DNA of 64,000 nt from Minisyncoccota bacterium. GTDB lineage: Bacteria > Patescibacteriota > Minisyncoccia > Phycocordibacterales > SBAW01. A program made the position numbers and the translations under genes. Position 1 is the first letter of the stretch; each line of letters begins with the position of its first letter. The stretch spans positions 1 through 64,000 of the forward strand of contig DASZWM010000003.1 of the NCBI GenBank assembly GCA_035546615.1. Reading direction: 5' to 3'. A model generated the notes under the pieces. That model worked only from the letters and a program-made list of their open reading frames with translations, did not search any database and had not been told where the DNA came from. Shown in pieces: positions 14,960-22,700 of the stretch.

Positions 14960-17080
14960 CTAGGCTGCAGGGTTGCCCGCAGGCGGCGGATTCGGGGTCG
15001 ACGGAGCGCCGAGCAAATAGAGCTGGTTCACTTCGCTTGCCGAGAGCGGGCGATTATAGACCCGCACATCGTCGATAGAGCCGTTGAACTCGTTGGTTGC
15101 CCCCAAGTCGGGCCTTTGGGCAAAGGTCATGTTGCCCGCAGTAGTACTGAGCGTACGGGCTGCGCTAGCTACGTTTACCCCGTCTATGTAGTAGATCACG
15201 GTAGCCCCGTCGTAGGTCACGCAGTGGTAATGCCACTTTGTGTCTACAGAGACGTTAGTGTCGAAGTCCACCCCATGCCCGTAAAAACGCCATTGATTGC
15301 CGGTATGGATCATAAACCCGAATGCCTGCCCCGTGGCGGCAGTGCCGTAGTTAACCACGTGGTCCGCATTGCCCTCGAACGTGGTGTCGTCCGACTTCGC
15401 CCACGCGCATAGCGTGCGGGGGTTGGTCCCCGTAGGATAGCTGCCCGAAGCGCTGACATATTGGGCGTTGCCGTTAAAATGCAGCGCCTGGCCGATCTTG
15501 CCCGCCACCGGGGCAGTGGTCGTGCCGAGTGAAACCATAGTGGCCGTATTCCCCTGCCCGGAGCTATCCTGCGTTGTATTTGTTGGCCATCTCGTCTGCG
15601 AGCCGTCAAAAGTCCAGTAGCCTATCAAGCCTCTGGAGATAGGCGCGGCCGCCCCGGAAGGCGAGTGCGCTATGTTTGCCCCAACCCCGCCCATTTTATA
15701 CAGCTGGGCGACTTCGGCGGCCGACAAAGTGCGGCCATATACCCGCACGTCGTCGATGCTGCCGGGAAAGGCAAACGACCCTATAAGGCCCGTATAATCT
15801 CCCACAATAAGCGTATTTGACCCCCTGGAGCTCATTGAGACGGTATTTACCAAAGTGCCGTCCATATAGGCGCTCATGGTGCCCCCGCCCACCGCGGCCA
15901 CCAGATGGTGCCAGGTCGTTGAGCTGCTCACCGTAGAGCTTTTTAAGTCGGTGGACGAATTGCTTATGGCCAGCTTGCCGTCGCTGGCGTAGCCCATCCA
16001 CAGCGTACTTCCCCCAGATCCTGAGCCATAACTCACCGCAACTTTAATCGCCGAAATGGGCGTAGCGCCCTCGTAGCGTATCCAGGCAGACACCGAATAC
16101 GCCGTGGAGGGAGCCGCCGCGCTGGCAGATATATACCCTCCGGCAAACTTCAGCGCCTGCCCCACCTTCCCCGCAACCGGCGACGTGGAAGTGCTCATGG
16201 AAACCAAACTGGAAGCGGTGCCCGCAATAACATCGGTCGTCTTATTCGTCCTCCAGTTGGTGGTGGCGCCGTCGAGCGGCCAATATCCGACCAAGCCATT
16301 TGAGAGCGGCGCGTTTGCGGCTGTTCCGGAGGTAGTACGGCCGAGGTAGGAAGTGCCCCCATAGAGCGCTCGCACGTCGCTCGGGGAAAGCGCGCGGCTG
16401 AATACTTTTACATCGTCGATCGTACCGTTAAAGAATGCGGCATTGTCGTTACATGCGTCGTTGAAGCTGCAGCTCTGCTGCCGCTGCGCCAGATAGAAAT
16501 ACAGAGTACCCGGACCGCTCCAGGTGCCGGAAGTGCTGGATTGCAGGACGCCATTGAGATACAGGTTCTGGACATGCGCCGTGTTGTCGTAGGTCAGGAC
16601 CGCGTGGTACCACTGCCCCGCCGAGATCGCGGCGCTCGTTATGTTTGAGATGCCCCAATATGATGCATAGAGCGCGTTGTTCTTTATGCCCAGCACGGTC
16701 ATGTGATAGCTCGAAATAGGCGTAGCGCTGTCCTGAAAGTCGACAATTGCTTGTTCGGCCGTGGAGTTTGCCTTGAACCACAGCGAGACGGATATCGACG
16801 TAGGCTGCGTACCTAGGTTGGCAATGCCGTAATCGCTGGAGCCGTTGTAGCTGCGCGCCTGTCCTGTTTTGCCGCTGGTGGCGCTGGTGCCAGTAAGCGT
16901 CATGGTTTTGCCATTTCCCGAAGTGTCAGTGACGCTCGAGCCGGAGACGGTAGCCGTATCAAACGACCAGGCGGCGAGTAGGCCCAAGAGGTTGGCTGGC
17001 TTGCCCAACACAGTCGAAGCGTCCGTGTGGAGCGGCAGGAGGGCGACAATGACCAATGTTATACATGCGATCTTTTTCAT
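14960..17080 (-). CDS. secreted protein with three LamG/concanavalin-A-like lectin repeats
   Basis: Signal peptide 'MKKIACITLVIVALLPLHTDAS'. Three repeats each end in 'IDDVKVF/ IDDVRVYGR/ IDDVRVYNRPLSASEVNQLY'. Confidence 0.7.
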   Translation of the reverse strand: MKKIACITLVIVALLPLHTDASTVLGKPANLLGLLAAWSFDTATVSGSSVTDTSGNGKTMTLTGTSATSGKTGQARSYNGSSDYGIANLGTQPTSISVSLWFKANSTAEQAIVDFQDSATPISSYHMTVLGIKNNALYASYWGISNITSAAISAGQWYHAVLTYDNTAHVQNLYLNGVLQSSTSGTWSGPGTLYFYLAQRQQSCSFNDACNDNAAFFNGTIDDVKVFSRALSPSDVRALYGGTSYLGRTTSGTAANAPLSNGLVGYWPLDGATTNWRTNKTTDVIAGTASSLVSMSTSTSPVAGKVGQALKFAGGYISASAAAPSTAYSVSAWIRYEGATPISAIKVAVSYGSGSGGSTLWMGYASDGKLAISNSSTDLKSSTVSSSTTWHHLVAAVGGGTMSAYMDGTLVNTVSMSSRGSNTLIVGDYTGLIGSFAFPGSIDDVRVYGRTLSAAEVAQLYKMGGVGANIAHSPSGAAAPISRGLIGYWTFDGSQTRWPTNTTQDSSGQGNTATMVSLGTTTAPVAGKIGQALHFNGNAQYVSASGSYPTGTNPRTLCAWAKSDDTTFEGNADHVVNYGTAATGQAFGFMIHTGNQWRFYGHGVDFDTNVSVDTKWHYHCVTYDGATVIYYIDGVNVASAARTLSTTAGNMTFAQRPDLGATNEFNGSIDDVRVYNRPLSASEVNQLYLLGAPSTPNPPPAGNPAA

Positions 17081-19254
17081 TTCCCGAGTTGATAGAGCTG
17101 CAGCACCTCCGACGCAGACAACGCCCGGTTGTATATGCGCACTTCGTCCATGGAACCATTGAAGTACCAGGTCGAAGCGGGAATATGCTGCCCTATGGCG
17201 AGCGGCTGGCTAGTTGTCATGTCGCCTGTCTTCGCAGCAATAGCAACCTGCGCACCATCTACATAGAGCACCATATTGCCCGTTCCAGAGCCGTCGCGTG
17301 TAGCGGCGACTAGATGCCACTTGCCGTCGTTGTAGGAAGCCGAACTGTCCGCACATGCGATCGAGCTGCTTACCGACACATCAAAGCGGATCTTTCCGCT
17401 CGCGCTCGCATTGCCGCACGTGCCGCCACCAACCAGAAGGAGCATCTCGGTACCGCCGGACGCCTTGGAGACGATACCGCCAAGCTGGCTGCTCGTATAT
17501 TTTATCCAGGCAGAAACTGTGAAGGCGTTATTGTCTATCGCGGATGCGTCCGGAACGCGTACATATGCGTTGGTTCCATTAAACCGCAGTCCCTGCCCCA
17601 ATTTGCCTTGGACCTTCGCCGACGATGTGGCCGCATTGTAGAAGTAGCCGTTGTTGGTGCCGGCGCGGTCATACACCTTGTCGGTTACATCAGCGCCATT
17701 AAAGCTCCAGTAGCCGACCAGGCCGCTCCCCAGCGTCGTGCCATTTTGCAAAGCGGCGCCTGAAGAGGCCTTGCCTCCTCCAAGCTGATAGAGCTGGCGT
17801 ACCTCTGTTGCCGAAAGCGCGCGATTATATACACGCACATCATCGAGCGAACCCGCTAGTGTCTGCCAATATGGATCAGCGCTCTTGCCTAATCGCAGCG
17901 GCTGATTGGTCATGGTAAATACCGGCGCGGTCCCGCTCTCCGCGACCGCGCCGTCGACATACAGTGAAGAAGAGCCTCCCGAAACATACGTAAGGACGAC
18001 ATGGTGCCACAAGCCGCCGACTCGGATGGTCGCGTCGCTGAGGCCGAGCGTCGTACTATTATTTTTGATCTGTACGCCTACCAGGCCGTTGTATGAAAAG
18101 ATGCTGTAGCCGTTGAGGGAGCTCGAAGAGTCCGCTTTGCCCGCCAAAAAGTATCCATTGCCCCCAGAGGCAGTGGGGATTTTATACCAGAAGCTTACTG
18201 TTCCCGTGCCTCCGTCCAAAGAAGAAGCATCGGAAACGTTCACATAGCTGGTATTTCCGTTAAAGGTGAGCGCCTGGCCGAGCTTGCCTGTAACTTTCAT
18301 CGAGCTGGTTGCAACACCGCCACCGATGTATCCATTATTCCCTTGCACGCTACTGTCTCCAATTGTTGTGCCAACGGTCGAGCCGTCAAAAGTCCACCAG
18401 CCTACGAGCCCGTTTTGTAGTGTAGAACCGTTGCCTAACGTGGCCGAAGATGCGTTGTATCGCGTGCCTGCGGTCCGGCTGTAGAGCACCGTTATTTCCG
18501 CCTGCGGAAGCGCCCGGTTGTATATGCGCACATCGTCTACCTTGCCTTTGAAGTAGTTGTCCGGATAATCTCCCGAGTTGCCGAAATGGAAGTTGCCCAT
18601 GCCGCCCGCCCCCGGCGTGCCCGTCCACGTGTTGCTGCCCTGGAGAACGCCGTTCACGTACAGGCGAATCGTGTACGTCGTGCCTGAGAGCGACCAGGTC
18701 GCCACAAGATGGGTCCAGGTGTTTTGTACGATATTTCCGGAAGCGGTCACTCCGGCCTCGACGCCGCTTGCTATGTTGGGGGACGTTACGAAGCGCCAGC
18801 GGCCCGGGCTGCCATTGCCGCCTTCGTCTATGAGCATGTAGCCGTTATTGGAAGTACCGAGCTTCCAGCCCGCCGGGCTTATCCAGTCGGCATACGCGGT
18901 CGGATACGCCCATACCGAGATGCTGCCGGAGGACGTCCACGGCGCTCCGGTGGAGACGTAGTTATTAGTCGCCCCGAACGTAAGCGCCTTTCCAAGCTTT
19001 CCGGTTGTCCAAGCCGGACTGCTCGTGAGCGTGCCGTTATGCGGGGTCGCGCTATGGTCATATGCGGTCGTTCCCCTGCCCTCCTCAAGATTCCAGTAGC
19101 CTACGAGGCCGAGGCTGTTAGCAGGCTTGATGATAGCCGCGTGCCCGACCGCAGGCAATGCGAACAGCGCTATGCCGCACAGCAAGATAATTTTGGACTT
19201 ACGAAGTCCAAAATATGAAGCGGCGTTTTGCTGCGGCTCTAGAGGAATTGCCAT
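17077..19254 (-). CDS. secreted protein with four LamG-like lectin repeats (paralog of previous gene)
   Basis: Four 'xDDVRxYNRALSxxEVxQLY' repeat ends and an N-terminal hydrophobic signal. A 4-bp overlap with the downstream paralog suggests an operon. Confidence 0.7.
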   Translation of the reverse strand: MAIPLEPQQNAASYFGLRKSKIILLCGIALFALPAVGHAAIIKPANSLGLVGYWNLEEGRGTTAYDHSATPHNGTLTSSPAWTTGKLGKALTFGATNNYVSTGAPWTSSGSISVWAYPTAYADWISPAGWKLGTSNNGYMLIDEGGNGSPGRWRFVTSPNIASGVEAGVTASGNIVQNTWTHLVATWSLSGTTYTIRLYVNGVLQGSNTWTGTPGAGGMGNFHFGNSGDYPDNYFKGKVDDVRIYNRALPQAEITVLYSRTAGTRYNASSATLGNGSTLQNGLVGWWTFDGSTVGTTIGDSSVQGNNGYIGGGVATSSMKVTGKLGQALTFNGNTSYVNVSDASSLDGGTGTVSFWYKIPTASGGNGYFLAGKADSSSSLNGYSIFSYNGLVGVQIKNNSTTLGLSDATIRVGGLWHHVVLTYVSGGSSSLYVDGAVAESGTAPVFTMTNQPLRLGKSADPYWQTLAGSLDDVRVYNRALSATEVRQLYQLGGGKASSGAALQNGTTLGSGLVGYWSFNGADVTDKVYDRAGTNNGYFYNAATSSAKVQGKLGQGLRFNGTNAYVRVPDASAIDNNAFTVSAWIKYTSSQLGGIVSKASGGTEMLLLVGGGTCGNASASGKIRFDVSVSSSIACADSSASYNDGKWHLVAATRDGSGTGNMVLYVDGAQVAIAAKTGDMTTSQPLAIGQHIPASTWYFNGSMDEVRIYNRALSASEVLQLYQLGK

Positions 19255-19781
19255 GTTTGGAATATCTGCTTGAGCAGGCCGTCGAGGCGGTCGTACGTCG
19301 ATATCTGGTACAGGTTGCCCCGGAAGACGAACCAGACTTCCCGGCTGGCGCCGCCGAATGCTTCGTTATCGCTCTTGAATGCAAGTCCATTATAGTTATT
19401 CCCAACCTCCAGCACCTGCGGGTCCAGTATCGTGAGGTCCGGCACGTCCGTCTGGATGCGTTCCTGCGTGAGCGTGTAGCCGCTTCCTGTATCCTCGTCG
19501 AAGGGGCTAACGGTTATTTGTATCCCGTTCCCCTGCTTGTCCTGAAGCACGATGGTGTTGGGCGTGCCGTCCGGGTCGCCGGGAATGTCGGTCGCGTCGA
19601 AGTCGGCCGGCATTTTGAGGGAAAAATTATACGTGCTGTTTTTGTAGTCTTTTGAAAGCGCGGGTACGGTATACGGCGGCAATTGCGGCTCCGGCGAGGC
19701 GGGCGCCGCGCGGAAGAACACGAAGTACGCGCACGCGGCGGCGGCGAGAACTAACACGGCTGCAATGAGTAGTTTTTTCAT
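19239..19781 (-). CDS. secreted/lipoprotein-like hypothetical protein
   Basis: 'MKKLLIAAVLVLAAAACAYF' signal peptide. It lies between the giant protein and the LamG genes in the same operon. Confidence 0.5.
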   Translation of the reverse strand: MKKLLIAAVLVLAAAACAYFVFFRAAPASPEPQLPPYTVPALSKDYKNSTYNFSLKMPADFDATDIPGDPDGTPNTIVLQDKQGNGIQITVSPFDEDTGSGYTLTQERIQTDVPDLTILDPQVLEVGNNYNGLAFKSDNEAFGGASREVWFVFRGNLYQISTYDRLDGLLKQIFQTWQFL

Positions 19782-19784
19782 AGA

Positions 19785-22700
19785 TTATTCTTGCTGATCT
19801 GTCGGCTGGGAATCTGCGGGGGGCTGTTCATCAGACGGTGCGGGGTCCTGCGGCGCCGGGTCGGCTGGCGCGGGCGGCGTGCTGGAAGCCTGGCTGCCGT
19901 TATCTTCAGGCGGGGTAGGAGGCGTCGAGCTGGCCGTATCATCGTCGCCGGACGGAGGAGCATCTCCTCCGTTTTGGCCCGGAGTCACGCCCGACGCCTG
20001 CACTATCGCCAGGAACTGGTCCTGCGTTACGCACACGTCGCCCACGCACAGCATGTCCGTGTGCACTTCCTTGGCGAAGAGCTTGGTAATGCCGTTAGCC
20101 GCGTTGGCGAGCCAGCCGATCAGGTTATCCCTGAATACGCCCGTTATCGAGGCCATTTCCTGTATCGCTACGACGATGGGCGAGATGAGCCCTTCGTAGT
20201 TGAAAAGGTATGTGCCGCCGGGAGTGAGCGGCGTCGCCACGTCGCGCGTCACGAGATTCGGGAATGTAACCTGCGCCTCCTGCGCGATGAAGCCGTACTG
20301 CGTGGTAGAGGTCGAGAGGTCGACGCCGAACACAGGCCCAGCCCAGCGGAACGAAACCGGCCTAAGCGCAAGCAGCTTCTCGAGCATGGTCTGCGGCAGC
20401 GTCTCGATATCCTTCTTGAGACGCTGGTCGGACGAGCAGCCGCTGCAGGAGGCCACCGTAAGCGCGCCCCCGGTTGTGAGCGTGAGCTTGGGCGACGAAG
20501 CGAGGTTGCTGCTGGTATTGAGGCTGAAGTTGTTATTGGAATCCTTGCCCGCAAACCACGAGTTCGCGGCGTCGCGGAACTCGATGCCCACGTTGGCAGT
20601 GGCAGTACGGCGCTCGAGCGTCAACGGAATGGCGTTGGTGCCGGAGAAGATGCCCTGGTCGGTGCCTAATTCCGTGGAGAATGCGCGCCATGGCGTCGTA
20701 GTGCCGATGCCGATGCGCAGGTTCTGGGCGCCGCCGCTTCCGTCCGCTTCGCCGTAGACCGTTAGCACACCCTGGCCGCCTACGTTTGCTGTATAACTTT
20801 CTACGGTTCCTGCCGAAGCGTTCGAGGAAATAGGCAGATCAGCCCAGGAAACGATGCCTGCATCCGTGTCGAAGTTGAACGCGCCGACCGCAAGATTGTT
20901 GATAGAGGTAATGCCGGAGGAGAAATCATAGGTAAGCTGGCCCGAGCCGACATTAAGCCCTCCCGCAATCGTCGAGGTTGCCGTGGTTGATGTTGCGGTA
21001 AAGAAAGTTGAGACAGTCTCCCCCACTACTGAGAGCTTCGCATAAGGCGAGGTGGTACCGATACCCACATTGCCGGAATTGGTAACAGTAAACAGCGTCG
21101 TAGTCGCTCCTGCTTGAGTGGAAGATGCGATAAGGAAAAGATTTACGAGAGAACCCGTCGCGCCGTTTGGCGTGGCAACGGTAAGAAGCGCCAGAGGTGA
21201 GGTCGTCCCGATGCCGACGTTGCCAGTTGTATCAACAGTAAAATTGCTCGTGGAATTGTTGTTAGTAAATGTGAACTTTGAACCGTAGAGGTAGAATGGT
21301 TTTGTCGATAGGACAACGCTGCCCGTAGTGTTGCCCGAGAAAAGATATGAGCGATCATTCGAGCTGTCATAGGCGGCGGTGAGACCTGTTCCGCTCGTAT
21401 AGGAGAACGTGCCGCTGCGCGCAAAGATGCCGTTAGTAAACGCTCCTGTACCTGATACATCGAGGGCAACGGTGGGGCTTGCCACACCAATGCCAACAGT
21501 GCCGGCAAAGTATGCATTGCCCGTCGTCGTTGCGCCTCCGGAAATCGTAAGGCCTGTCGCCTGTGTAGCGTTGCCGATCGTGGTCGAGGCTGCGAGTACG
21601 GAAAAAAGAGATTTTGCATAAAAACTGATACCGACGTTTGTTGAGGTGGCAATGAGTATGTCGCCGCTTTGCGCGGCAACACTGCCCGAGGCGTCGCGAT
21701 ATTGCGGGAAGAGGTTCGCATAGGTCGAGCCGTCTTTAAGGCGCAATCCTTGCTGGTTGTACTGATTGGTAATATTTTGCAGCTGTGTCGCGCCGTTGTA
21801 GAACGACAACTGGTTTACATTGCTGATATTGCTATTACTCATGTCGATCCCTCCCGAAAACGTGAGCGCAGTAGAAGTTGCATTGCTCGGGAATAGATAA
21901 CTAAAACTTGCCCCTCCCCCGCTGAGCGGCGTCGTGGTAGCAATTAATTTGCCGAACGGATCGACCGCAAGAAACGCCCCGGCCGGGGCCGCAAGCCCGG
22001 TGATGTACTGGCTCGTCGTGGTCGCGCCGGTAGAAAGAAGCCACGGGAACGTGTTTGTCGCGTTCGTAACCGCGGTAAAGTAGCTCGCCACCGCGCGCCC
22101 GACCACGGACAGCGCCGCGTAGGGCGATGTAGTGCCGATGCCGACCCGCAGGTTCTGCACTCCCCCGCTGCCGTCGCTCTCGCCGTACGCGGTAAGCACG
22201 CTCGTGTCTCCGATATTTATCGACTGCGACTGGATAACGCCCGCGGCGGCGTTTGAATCGACCGGGATATTGGAAAGCGCGACGACGCCGGCGTTCGTGT
22301 CGAAGTTGAGGTTGCCTATGCTGAGGTTCGCTATCGTGGTGGAACCTGTTGCCGCGTCGACTGTGAAGGCATTGCTTCCGTTCGTCCCAACGGATAGCAC
22401 GCCGGCGTTCGAAAGGGTGAGAAGCGACGTGGATGCGCTATTGGCAATCTCAAGCGCATTGCCGGAGGAAGACGAGGCCCCCCAGACGGTGAGCCGCGCG
22501 TACGGCGAGGTGGTGCCCACAGCAAGGTTGCCGTCGGCGGTAAGGCGCATCTTCTCCGTGTTATTGGTAAAGAAGCCTATCGGATGGTTGGTAAAGTTGC
22601 CCAGATAGAATCCCGGCGTACCCAGCGGTCCGGTGCCGAGGCCGTCGGCATAGAACTGCGAGGCAACTGCGCTGTTGTTGGCATACAGTATGGCGCCCGC